Shown: positions 1 through 8,893, counted from the first letter of the stretch. The stretch: DNA of 64,000 nt from an uncultured Flavobacteriales bacterium (GCA_964347475.1 CAYFYY010000001.1:6879-70878); one strand, 5' to 3'. The notes: generated by a model not told the origin, from the sequence alone. A program made the numbers and translations.

Positions 1-314
1 GGCACGCGCCCGTCCGTAAAATCGAAGAAGCTCCAGCGGTCGACTTCGAACTCGCCGGTCGAGAACAGCTGCGCCGTGGCTTGCACGGCTTCGAGATGCT
101 GGTTTACGGCATTCTGCACAACCTTGACGTGATGTTCGGCCTCACGATCGAATTCGTGCTGGTCGGCACGTTCCAGATAATACCGCGAGGTGACGTACCC
201 GCCGGCCGAGATCGCCGCGCCCGCCACCAGGACCACAATCACCGGCAGGTGCTCGCGCCACTGCCGGCGCCATCTGACGCGCAAGATGCGATACGTGCGG
301 TGCGAGAATGCCAT
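1..314 (-). CDS. CHASE-type sensor histidine kinase, 5' part only (gene runs off the left edge)
   Basis: Not in the ORF track. My reverse-complement translation from the ATG at 314 gives MAFSHRTYRILRVRWRRQWREHLPVIVVLVAGAAISAGGYVTSRYYLERADQHEFDREAEHHV...VDRWSFFDFT. This aligns with the N-termini of the kinases at 1910-3946 and 6503-8626 (TM helix, then RYY..A.RHEFDR, then RWEF.F). An AGGAAG RBS lies 4-5 nt upstream. Confidence 0.6.
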   Translation of the reverse strand, partial: MAFSHRTYRILRVRWRRQWREHLPVIVVLVAGAAISAGGYVTSRYYLERADQHEFDREAEHHVKVVQNAVNQHLEAVQATAQLFSTGEFEVDRWSFFDFTDGRV

Positions 315-562
315 CAGCTTCCTGAGCGCGATGGCGGCATAACGACGCGCAAGCTCCTTCGGACCGAAACTCCGGTCGGTCCGAGTGTCCGCAGACGTCG
401 CGCCCGTCATGGGCTCCACCCCGTGTTGCGGTTTGCTCCCCGTGTTATTGGAACGCAAATCCGTCCTTCCCTGGTTGTGTCGATCCCGTCGGCTCGAAGC
501 CATCGAGGATCACCGAACTGTCAATCTGTACCGTCTGAACCAAAACTCATCCTTCATTTCGC

Positions 563-1840
563 CTATCCGGTCACGCCGTCCAGATCAATTTGCCGGCCCA
601 GCCTCGTCAATTCGCCGGCCGGCAGGGCGCCAGGATCCAGGACCGGCACGAGCCACGCTCCGGTGTCCTTGTCCTGGCAGGCGACCGCCGGGTAGCTGCG
701 ATCGTCGTGGCGGGACTGTCGGATCACGACGAACGTCCGGCAGCCCTTGCCATTGGCGGTTTCCCGGATCCCGGTCGGCATGATGACGAATTTCGCCTCA
801 ACGCTCGTGCTGCTCCAGCCGGATCGGGCGCCGGTAGGTTGTCCGTTCAGCGCATCCTGGATCGCCCAGTCCAACCCTGCGCGCGCCGCCGCTGGCCAGC
901 CGCGGCCGCCAGGACGAATGGCAACCAGTCCAACCGCTTCGATTGACCCGTCGCTGAACCGGTCGACCCGGCGGACATAATGCCGCGCCGCAGGGGCATA
1001 GAACCAGGTGCGGTACCGCCACTCGTCTGCACCGACGGTGCTTCGCTGACACGTTATCACCCGTGTGTCGAACGTTCCGGCGGGAACGGTCACCTTTTCC
1101 GTTCCCTGCGGCATACACATCCACTCGCGTTCCGATTCTGTCCCCGCGGGCCCCGTCGTCGTGACATGGAAGCTGACACGTGCGCCGGGGCGGATCGGCC
1201 ACAGGTGTTTGGTATCGACGCTGACGGTCGCACTGCCGGGTCCGGAGGCCCGATCCCACGACGTTGGCGGCACGATGAAATTGCGGTCGGCATTGAAGCT
1301 TGTGCCATTGCTGGCACGCCAGAAGACGCGACCGTCGCCAATCCGGATAACGGTTTCCACGAGACCGTCCGACCAGGCAAACTCATCGCCGGTTTCATAG
1401 AGTGGTGGCAGGTCCTCGTTATTGCCGTTAATGACAACGTCGTCCTTGGCGACCTCCCGCCCGGTATCCGGTGGAGGCAGCGATCCGTCCCCCAGGCCCG
1501 GCGCCGGCACCGGGTTTGCACGCAGGCTTTCGAGCAGCGCCACCGAGACCCTGCCGTCCACCGGCAATCCGGCGGCGGCCTGATAGCGACGAATCGCGGC
1601 TCTCGTGTTGGCGCCTGCAATTCCGTCGATCGGGCCCGGCGCATAGCCCAGCTGCGACAACGCCCGCTGGATTGCCTTGATATCGTCCTTTTGCACCGCT
1701 TCTTGCGATTGTTCGAGCCGCCCGGCCGTGCGACCTTCTCCACCGACCCTGAAAAGCCCGTCGAGATCGCAGGCCGTCAACGCAAACAGGCTCAGAACAA
1801 TCAACCCCGACGCGGCAATACGTGGCGCGGCGCCGCGCAT
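563..1840 (-). CDS. Secreted or lipoprotein-type peptidoglycan-binding protein: one PG_binding_1-like repeat plus an unassigned ~300-aa C-terminal domain
   Basis: Signal or lipobox-like N-terminus MRGAAPRIAASGLIVLSLFALTAC. PG-binding motif IQRALSQLGYAPGPIDGIAGANTRAAIRRYQAAAGLPVDG. The C-terminal domain is paralogous to that of 4339-6225. I prefer the start at 1840 (GAGGTGG RBS); the ORF track start at 1894 is the alternative. Confidence 0.7.
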   Translation of the reverse strand: MRGAAPRIAASGLIVLSLFALTACDLDGLFRVGGEGRTAGRLEQSQEAVQKDDIKAIQRALSQLGYAPGPIDGIAGANTRAAIRRYQAAAGLPVDGRVSVALLESLRANPVPAPGLGDGSLPPPDTGREVAKDDVVINGNNEDLPPLYETGDEFAWSDGLVETVIRIGDGRVFWRASNGTSFNADRNFIVPPTSWDRASGPGSATVSVDTKHLWPIRPGARVSFHVTTTGPAGTESEREWMCMPQGTEKVTVPAGTFDTRVITCQRSTVGADEWRYRTWFYAPAARHYVRRVDRFSDGSIEAVGLVAIRPGGRGWPAAARAGLDWAIQDALNGQPTGARSGWSSTSVEAKFVIMPTGIRETANGKGCRTFVVIRQSRHDDRSYPAVACQDKDTGAWLVPVLDPGALPAGELTRLGRQIDLDGVTG

Positions 1841-1909
1841 CCCCAGACCACCTCGCGGCGAATTTCTCGTTTCGTGTCGTGTCTTCTCCACCATGGGAAT
1901 ACCCTGCGT

Positions 1910-3946
1910 TTACTCCGCTGCGATCGGACGATCGATCGCACGTTCGCGCGGGAAGATCGCACTGGCTGTCGTGCCCTCGCCCATCCTGCTCTCGATTTCC
2001 AGGATGCCGCCGTGCAGCTCCACGAGACTCTTGGTCAACGGCAGGCCGAGACCGGTTCCCTCGTATCTGCGGGACAGCGACGAATCCACCTGAATGAACG
2101 GCTGCAGGATGGTCCGGAGATCCGGCTCGGCAATGCCGATGCCGGTGTCGGAAATGCTGACGACGAAACCACGCCTTCGATCGTAATAGGCGGAAACCGT
2201 GACGTGCCCGTCGCGCGGCGTGAACTTGATCGCGTTCGACAACAGATTGAGGACAATCTGCTTGAGGGCGCGCTCGTCGGCATAGAGGACCGGGAGGGAT
2301 TCGGCGATCTCCGTCCGCAGGCCAATCCCCGCATCCCGAGCTTTGGCCTCGACGAAGTGCAGCGTCTCGGCCACGAGATCGGACAGCACGATGTTCTGTT
2401 CGTTCAACTGGAACTTGTTGGCCTCAACCTTGGACAGATCGAGGATGTTGTTGATCAGCCCCAGGAGGTGGAGGCCGCTGCTGCGAATGTCCTCGGCATA
2501 TCCCTTGTAGCGATCGTCGCCAATCGGGCCGAACATTTCGAAGACCAGCATCTCGGAGAACCCGATCACCGCGTTCAGCGGCGTGCGCAGTTCATGGCTG
2601 ACCATCGCGAGGAACTCCGACTTCGCCCGGCTGGCGACTTCGGCCTGTTCCTTGGCCGTGCGAAGTTCCGATTCGACACGTCTGCGCTCCCTGATTTCTC
2701 TTTCGAGCGCGGCATTGGACTCATTGGCGGCGAGCAGCTGCGCGGTCCTCTGCTCCACCCGGCGTTCGATCACCTTTTGCCGGTTCTGCGCCGAAACCAG
2801 ATAAAGCGCCAGCAGACTGGTCAGCAACAAACCGGCGAGGCCGACTCCCCAGGGCACGATGCCTTGGTCGAGCCGCATGGTTCCGGGCACGGGTTTGACC
2901 AAAATGGACAGTCTCCAGTCCGCGAGCTGGTGCTGCACGGTCGCGGAAAATCCGCCACCGGCGTCCGCAACGAGCTGCAATGGCTGGTCCGCGGCCCTCA
3001 GAAGCGACGGCTGAATGTAGATGAGGCTGAAAGATCCGTCATCAGCCTCTTCGAACACGAAAGTGTCAAGCCATCCCGGTGCCGTGAACTCGCGCAAGGT
3101 CTGTTCGACCAGAAGATCGACCTCGATCAGGCCTACGATGTAACCGACGAACGCCGTGCCGGATTCGCCGGTCGCGGCCCCCTTCGCATCGACATTCTCG
3201 AGAAACACCGGGCGGATCAGCAGGAGGCTGTTCCCGGTTGCACCGGCGCCGGAGCGGCCGGCCCAATCCGCGACCGTCATCTTGCCGGTTTCGTACGCCC
3301 GTTCGAGCGCAACCTTGTAGCTGCTGCGCGATGCCAGGTCGAAACCGAGGAAATTCTCATTCCCGTCAAACGGCTCGACGTAGTAGAGCGGCGCATATGT
3401 CGGTCGCTCCCCAGCCGGGTGTATGTTGCGCTCCACCCTCCATTCGTTGAACCGGAACCCGTGCAGGCCGTCTTCGCGCGCCCTCTGTTCATAAGCGGGC
3501 CGGCCGGCAGCGGACACCGCGGGAACCCAGGCAATAGCACGGAACCCCGGATGGATGTCCAGGTGGCGCTCGGCGAATTCGCCAAATTCCCAGCGATCGG
3601 TCGCCTGGCCGGGGTCGGAAAATAGGTTTGCGGCCGAGACCATCACGTCGGCGTGTCGGTCGACGGCCTTTTCCAGGGCCAACAGGTAATGGCCGGCCTG
3701 CCGGTCGAAATCGTGCCGTGCCGCAGCAAGGTAAAGGTTCTGAACAACAATGAGGCCGGCAATGGAAATCGCCGTGCCGCCGGCAATTACCAGTATGGCG
3801 GCACGGTGCACGCGCAGCGTTCGGGCGGATCTACGGGCGAATACGGCCAGGCGGCCGCCCAGGCCGGAGCCCGACGCCAACCGCGCCGGCAACCACCCGC
3901 ACAACAACGTCGCGATATTCGCGATGACGCGCTTCGATCCACCCAT
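1910..3946 (-). CDS. Sensor histidine kinase with a periplasmic CHASE-like domain and no receiver domain
   Basis: TM, then CHASE-like block (WEFGEFAERHL..AIAWVP..YAPLYYVEPFDGNENFLGFDLAS..ALERAYETGKMTV), then TM and a coiled coil. H-box MVSHELRTPLNAVIGFSEM, plus N/G boxes (LLSNAIKFT, DTGIGI, GTGLGLPLTKSLVELHGG). The protein ends right after the ATPase domain. The start at 3946 (MGGSKRV, GGAAGGG RBS) matches the paralogue start MGGDPRF. The ORF track start at 3997 is the alternative. Confidence 0.85.
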   Translation of the reverse strand: MGGSKRVIANIATLLCGWLPARLASGSGLGGRLAVFARRSARTLRVHRAAILVIAGGTAISIAGLIVVQNLYLAAARHDFDRQAGHYLLALEKAVDRHADVMVSAANLFSDPGQATDRWEFGEFAERHLDIHPGFRAIAWVPAVSAAGRPAYEQRAREDGLHGFRFNEWRVERNIHPAGERPTYAPLYYVEPFDGNENFLGFDLASRSSYKVALERAYETGKMTVADWAGRSGAGATGNSLLLIRPVFLENVDAKGAATGESGTAFVGYIVGLIEVDLLVEQTLREFTAPGWLDTFVFEEADDGSFSLIYIQPSLLRAADQPLQLVADAGGGFSATVQHQLADWRLSILVKPVPGTMRLDQGIVPWGVGLAGLLLTSLLALYLVSAQNRQKVIERRVEQRTAQLLAANESNAALEREIRERRRVESELRTAKEQAEVASRAKSEFLAMVSHELRTPLNAVIGFSEMLVFEMFGPIGDDRYKGYAEDIRSSGLHLLGLINNILDLSKVEANKFQLNEQNIVLSDLVAETLHFVEAKARDAGIGLRTEIAESLPVLYADERALKQIVLNLLSNAIKFTPRDGHVTVSAYYDRRRGFVVSISDTGIGIAEPDLRTILQPFIQVDSSLSRRYEGTGLGLPLTKSLVELHGGILEIESRMGEGTTASAIFPRERAIDRPIAAE

Positions 3947-4105
3947 TATCCCTTCCGCATCAAGACGATCGCTGCGAATTTCCCGTTTTTCACCCATGCA
4001 CCCGTGCTTGTCTGTGGACCCGTCGGATCGTGGTATGTTTCCAGATCATTTGGGTTTTTTTTGGGCCGTCGGGCTTCGGCGCCTGATCCCCGGAAGAATA
4101 GCATA

Positions 4106-4125
4106 TTAATACTGTCTTAGTATTA
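4106..4125. promoter_or_regulatory. Inverted repeat TAATACT-N5-AGTATTA in the AT-rich island upstream of kinase 1910-3946
   Basis: The 7-bp arms are at 4107-4113 and 4119-4125, inside the AT-rich stretch at about 4100-4170 of an otherwise GC-rich region. This overlaps a TTAA-N7-TTAGT string starting at 4106. Confidence 0.25.
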
Positions 4126-4338
4126 TCAATTGGTTAAACCTTTTGTACAATTTTACATAATTTTCAACGGCTTGGATGGTCGACGCAGGGGCCTGACGCC
4201 GGCCCCGACGCCTCGCATTACACTGCGCCAAGACGGCCTGTTTCGCATGGCGGGATGCTTTGCCACATGACCTCCGCACAATGAAGATTCCTTTGAAGTG
4301 GGAACCAATGACGGTTGCAGACCGCCCGCCCCGGCAGC

Positions 4339-6225
4339 TCAGTTCGTGACCAGCGGTCCAACCGCACCCTTGTCCTGGTCGAGCACCGGCACGAGCCAGG
4401 GGTCGGACTCTCTGCTCCGACATGCAACTGCGGGATAGGCGCGCGGATCGGGTGTCTGCGAGCGCACCAGGACATATGTCCGGCACGGCACACCGTCGGG
4501 CCCCTCGAACTCTCCGGTCGCCTTCATGACGAACGCCTCGCCGACCGCGGTGCTTCGCCAGCGGCCCTCGGAGCCGATTTCGCCGTTCTCCAGCATGTCC
4601 TGCACGCGTTGTTCTAGGCCGGCACGCACGGCGGGGGGCCAGTCATGTCCGCCCGGCCGGATCGCCACGAGTTCTATGCGATACGGGCCGTCATCGCCGT
4701 GCAGCAGATCGTCCCGGCGGACATAATGGCGCACGGCCGGCGCGTAGTACCACACACGCGTGTGCCACGCAGCCGGGGGCGGATTGGAGCGCTTGCAGAC
4801 AACGGGAATTGTTTCAAAGACCCCGGCAGCGACCGAGATGCGTTCACCGCCCTTGCGCCGGCAACCCCATGTTTCGGTCGATTTGGTTGCCGTCCCCGGG
4901 GCGTCAGCTGGCGTCCAGAAGACACTGACACCGAACGAAACCGCTTTGCGCCTGGAACTCGGCCAGGCGTCGTCGGCATTCATGTCGACCGTTGCCTCGC
5001 CGCTGCCGGTCGCTGTCTGCCATGCGATGCGTGGCAGAATGAAATTGCGGTGTGTCGTCAGGCTGTCGCCCGCGCGCGTACGCCACCAGACGCGGTCGCT
5101 GCCGACCCGGAGGATCGTCTCCACCCGGCCATCCGAATAGGCGAATGTGTCACTGACCTCGTAAACCGGTTCGAACTCGTCCCGCTGATATCCGATCACG
5201 ACGTCGCCCGGTCCTGCATAGGGGGCATCGCGCGCCGATATCCCGGCCGAGGCGTTCAGGTGTTCGAGCAGGATCAGCGAGACCTTACCGTCAACCGGCA
5301 ATCCGGCCCGCGTCTGGTAGTCCCGGATTGCCGCAGCAGTCTTCCGGCCGGGATATCCGTCCGCCGGACCGGGATCATAGCCGCGCGCCGCCAGCAGCCG
5401 TTGTGCGGACTTTACGGTCTCGCGGGTAAGGTGCTCGACAAGCTCCAGTGACGGCTCGCCGTCGACGTCCAGCCCGGCCCGCCTTTGATATTCCTCGATT
5501 GCGGACTTCGTCTTGCTTCCAGCGAGCCCGTCAATCGTGCCGGCATCATAGCCAAGCACAGCGAGCATCCGCTGCACGGATTTCACCATTTCGCGCAGCA
5601 TATGGTCAGCCAGGGCATCCGTGGCCTCGCCGTCAGCCGGCAGGCCGACCATGGCCTGATATTCGCTGATTGCGGCGCTGGTCTTGCGGCCGGCGAAGCC
5701 GTCGACGGGGCCCGGGTCATATCCGCGCTCGGTCAGCATGCGTTGTACCGTCGCCACCGTCTCGCGTCGAAGATGATTGGCCAGCGCCTGGGTCGCCTCT
5801 CCGTCAACCCTCAGCCGAGCTTGCGCCTGATAGAGCCGGATCGCCCGTGTCGTCTTGTGCCCGGGCAGGCCGTCCGCCGGACCGGGATCGTAACCGCGCG
5901 CCGACAGCGAGAGCTGGATCGCACGCACGGTCTCACGCTTCAGGTGCTCGAACAGGGCGCGCGATGCCTTGCCATCGACCGGCAAACCGGCCCTCTCTTG
6001 ATACGCGCGGATCGCGGCTGTCGTCTCGCTGCCGGCAAACCCGTTTATCTGGCCGACATCGTAGCCGCGAGCGGCGAGCGCGCCCTGTATCGATTTCACG
6101 ACGTCGACCGACTGCTGAGCCAACGCCTCCGTTGCTGGAGCCGTGCCAAAGGCCATCACGCCGGCGGCGAGTACGACAACCGCCAGGCGCGTCAGCCGCG
6201 CCAAGCCACCCTGCTTGCGGGGCAT
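4339..6225 (-). CDS. Secreted protein with five tandem PG_binding_1-like repeats plus the same unassigned C-terminal domain as 563-1840
   Basis: Signal peptide MPRKQGGLARLTRLAVVVLAAGVMAFGTAPATEALA. Five 57-aa repeats of the form xVxxxQxxLxxxGYDPGPxDGxxGxKTxxAIxxYQxxxGLxVDG. The C-terminal domain aligns with 563-1840 (YSDGRVETILRVG..RVWWR, YYAPAVRHYVRR, PCRTYVLVRS..YPAVACRS..PWLVPVLD). The start is uncertain: there is no clear RBS at 6225, and the track ORF extends to 6432. Confidence 0.75.
   Translation of the reverse strand: MPRKQGGLARLTRLAVVVLAAGVMAFGTAPATEALAQQSVDVVKSIQGALAARGYDVGQINGFAGSETTAAIRAYQERAGLPVDGKASRALFEHLKRETVRAIQLSLSARGYDPGPADGLPGHKTTRAIRLYQAQARLRVDGEATQALANHLRRETVATVQRMLTERGYDPGPVDGFAGRKTSAAISEYQAMVGLPADGEATDALADHMLREMVKSVQRMLAVLGYDAGTIDGLAGSKTKSAIEEYQRRAGLDVDGEPSLELVEHLTRETVKSAQRLLAARGYDPGPADGYPGRKTAAAIRDYQTRAGLPVDGKVSLILLEHLNASAGISARDAPYAGPGDVVIGYQRDEFEPVYEVSDTFAYSDGRVETILRVGSDRVWWRTRAGDSLTTHRNFILPRIAWQTATGSGEATVDMNADDAWPSSRRKAVSFGVSVFWTPADAPGTATKSTETWGCRRKGGERISVAAGVFETIPVVCKRSNPPPAAWHTRVWYYAPAVRHYVRRDDLLHGDDGPYRIELVAIRPGGHDWPPAVRAGLEQRVQDMLENGEIGSEGRWRSTAVGEAFVMKATGEFEGPDGVPCRTYVLVRSQTPDPRAYPAVACRSRESDPWLVPVLDQDKGAVGPLVTN
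5248..6108 (-). repeat. Five tandem ~171-nt (57-aa) coding repeats (PG-binding modules) inside 4339-6225
   Basis: Repeat units were read from the translation, each ending in ..HL(K/R/T)RE. Coordinates were derived by counting residues, so they are approximate to a few codons. Confidence 0.8.
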
Positions 6226-6502
6226 GGAGCGGCAGGCGGCGTCGGACCCTGATTCGGTCGGCGGTTCTGTGATTTGTGCATTTTTCAGATCGATATCAAA
6301 CATCCAATAACAACCTGTGATATTCGCTACCCACGCCTGCCGATCACCGGAAGAATACGTGACGCATATGACTCGCTGTCCCCTTTCCCGGTGAAACAAG
6401 ATTCTTTTATTCAATGCAGCGTTAACAAACAAAAAACCTTAGTGCGCCAGCCGACAGTTATTCGCCGCGATATCGCCAAATGATGTACCAACCGTGCCCC
6501 GC

Positions 6503-8626
6503 CTATTCCGCGGCGGCGGCCGTTCTTCGGGAGATCACACGCTCCTTCGGCAAGATGATCTTGACGCTCGTTCCTGCGCCCTCCTTGCTCTTGAGCTCGA
6601 GTTCGCCGTCGTGAAGCTCCACGAGGCTCTTGGTCAGCGGCAGCCCGAGGCCGGTTCCCTCGTATTTCCGTGACAAGGACGAATCGGCCTGGATGAACGG
6701 TTGGAATATCCGCGCCTGATCGCGCTTGGCGATCCCAACTCCGGTGTCCGAAACGGTCGCAACGAGGCGCCCCTTGTAGTCGATCCGCCCGTTGACCACG
6801 ATTCGTCCCCCCGGTTCGGTAAACTTGACCGCATTCGAAAGGAGGTTGACGAAGATCTGCTTCAGGGATCTGGCGTCACCGAACACGACCAGGCACGGAT
6901 GCGCGTATTCGGTCTCGATCGTCACGCCCACGCTTACCGCCTTGTCACGCAACAGGCTAATCGCTTCTTCGACGATCCCGGCGATATCGACCTCCTGCTC
7001 GTCCAGTTCGAATTTCTTGGCCTCCACCTTGGAAAGGTCGAGGATGTTGTTAATCAGACTGAGCAGATGCAGGCCGCTATTGCGGATATCCTGTCCATAT
7101 TCCCGATACCTCTCGCCGACGGGACCGAACAGCTCGTATACGGTCATCTCGGAAAATCCGATGACGGCATTCAGGGGCGTCCGAAGTTCATGGCTGACCA
7201 TGGCCAGGAATTCCGATTTGGCCCGGTTGGCCACTTCCGCCTGTTCCTTGGCAGCGCGCAATTCCCCCTCGACGCGTTTACGCCGGGCGATCTCCTTGCC
7301 AAGCGCAACGTTCGATGCATTCGCCCGAGTCAGCTCCTTGGTACGCTGGACGACGGCGCGCTCGATCAGCAGCTGGCGATTTCGCGTCGCGTTCATGTGC
7401 ACGACCAGCGCCAGGGTCAGCAGGAGACACACCACGCCGAACCCCCAGGGCGCGATACCGGAACCGGAGACCAGTTCGCCAGAAACGGGCTTGACGACGA
7501 TCGACCACTCACGATCGGCGAGTGTGAACCCGGCCGATGTGTAAAATCCTGTCTTGACGCCCGTTTCGTCGATGGACGGGAGGTTCTTTGTGTGCAGTGG
7601 TGACGGCCGATAGTAGAGCAGCCGCTGTCCCTCGGACGCATGCTCGTCGACCAAGAATGTGTCCAGCCAGTCCGGTGTCGTGAACATGGCGAGGGTCGAA
7701 TCGATGATGGCGCCAACATCGAGGAGGCCTGCGGCAAACCCCACAAGCTTCCGACGCCGGTCGGCGAGGCTGAGCGGCGTATTCGAGGTGGTGTACACGG
7801 GCGCAACGACAAGCAACGTCGCCTCCGCGTTGCGTGTCGCATCCTCCGGCGCCACGCGTGCAGTCGTCAGCTTTCCACTGTCGCGCGCCCGTTCCAGAGC
7901 GTTCCTGTAGGCGGGCCGGGAGGCCAGATCGAGACCCAGAAGATCCTCGTTTCCGTCGAAAGGCTCGACGAAATAGACCGGGGCATATTCCGGCCGCGCG
8001 TCAGCCTTCGTCATATTGCCCGTTGCATCGCGCTCGGTAATCCGGAAGTTGAACAAGCCATCGTCATTGGCGGCCTGTTCAAGGTCGGCGCGCTCGGATT
8101 CATAAATCCGCGGCACCCACGCCAGCGCCTGTATGCCGGGGTAGTCGGGGAGCCGCTCCTCGGTGAATTTATAGAATTCCCACCTGTTGACCTGCCCGCC
8201 GAACTCACCGATCAAGGTGGCGACCTCGGACACCGCCCCGACGTACCGGTCCACGGCGGTGCGCGAAACAAGCAGATAGTGCGCCGCCTTCCTGTCGAAC
8301 TCATGCCGGTCGGCCGCCTCGTCGTAATATCGAACGGTCAGAAATGCGGCGACCGAAATCATCACGCCAATGACCAGCACGACCACTTCGGGCGCCCGTG
8401 CGCGGAGCTCTGCCCGCAGTTTCGCGCTCAAGACTTCCCGCAGCGGCGCGGAGCTGAGCCACCATTCCCGCCATGGGACAAACCTGCTCAGAGCCGGGCC
8501 GGTAACTGCAAGTCGCCGCACCGCAGGCGCGGTTGCCTGCAGAAGCCCACCGAGATATGTGGCAACGGTAACAGCGAAATGGTCTATACGCGCAACAACC
8601 CGCCTGAAACGCGGATCACCACCCAT
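6503..8626 (-). CDS. Sensor histidine kinase with a periplasmic CHASE-like domain and no receiver domain (paralogue of 1910-3946)
   Basis: Same architecture and motifs as the paralogue: RWEFYKFTEERL..ALAWVP..YAPVYFVEPFDGNEDLLGLDLAS..ALERARDSGKLT, then MVSHELRTPLNAVIGFSEM, LLSNAVKFT, DTGVGI, GTGLGLPLTKSLVELHDG. An AGGAG RBS precedes the ATG at 8626. Confidence 0.85.
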   Translation of the reverse strand: MGGDPRFRRVVARIDHFAVTVATYLGGLLQATAPAVRRLAVTGPALSRFVPWREWWLSSAPLREVLSAKLRAELRARAPEVVVLVIGVMISVAAFLTVRYYDEAADRHEFDRKAAHYLLVSRTAVDRYVGAVSEVATLIGEFGGQVNRWEFYKFTEERLPDYPGIQALAWVPRIYESERADLEQAANDDGLFNFRITERDATGNMTKADARPEYAPVYFVEPFDGNEDLLGLDLASRPAYRNALERARDSGKLTTARVAPEDATRNAEATLLVVAPVYTTSNTPLSLADRRRKLVGFAAGLLDVGAIIDSTLAMFTTPDWLDTFLVDEHASEGQRLLYYRPSPLHTKNLPSIDETGVKTGFYTSAGFTLADREWSIVVKPVSGELVSGSGIAPWGFGVVCLLLTLALVVHMNATRNRQLLIERAVVQRTKELTRANASNVALGKEIARRKRVEGELRAAKEQAEVANRAKSEFLAMVSHELRTPLNAVIGFSEMTVYELFGPVGERYREYGQDIRNSGLHLLSLINNILDLSKVEAKKFELDEQEVDIAGIVEEAISLLRDKAVSVGVTIETEYAHPCLVVFGDARSLKQIFVNLLSNAVKFTEPGGRIVVNGRIDYKGRLVATVSDTGVGIAKRDQARIFQPFIQADSSLSRKYEGTGLGLPLTKSLVELHDGELELKSKEGAGTSVKIILPKERVISRRTAAAAE

Positions 8627-8813
8627 TACGACTCCTGTCCTAGCCCCTGAAGAGTCAGACTTCGGGTCGGAAAGCCGATTGCGCTTTCCAATTCATTTTT
8701 TGATCCCTGTGACTGCTTGTTATGTTCGCAGCATTCCGGGACGTTTCGAATTCAACCCTTCGGGGGTTGGGACTGTAACAAACTTTGCCGCCAGAAGCTG
8801 TACCAAAGGTATC

Positions 8814-8830
8814 AGATTTTATTAAAATCT
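8814..8830. promoter_or_regulatory. Perfect 17-bp palindrome AGATTTTA-T-TAAAATCT upstream of kinase 6503-8626
   Basis: Read directly from the sequence: 8-bp arms around a single central T. It lies in the AT-rich spacer 8627-8893, between the kinase start and the end of the HAD gene. Confidence 0.3.
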
Positions 8831-8893
8831 CCTTCTTTCGGATAATCGGCGCTGAGCCGCAAGGGACGCAATCATGGGGCTTCGTCGGTCCCC

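Noticed and set aside
980-3625. 881-aa plus-strand ORF, the longest in the track
   Set aside because: It lies entirely antisense to the well-supported CHASE kinase and the PG-binding gene. The product is Arg/Gly/Pro/His-rich with no motif, which is the classic high-GC shadow frame.
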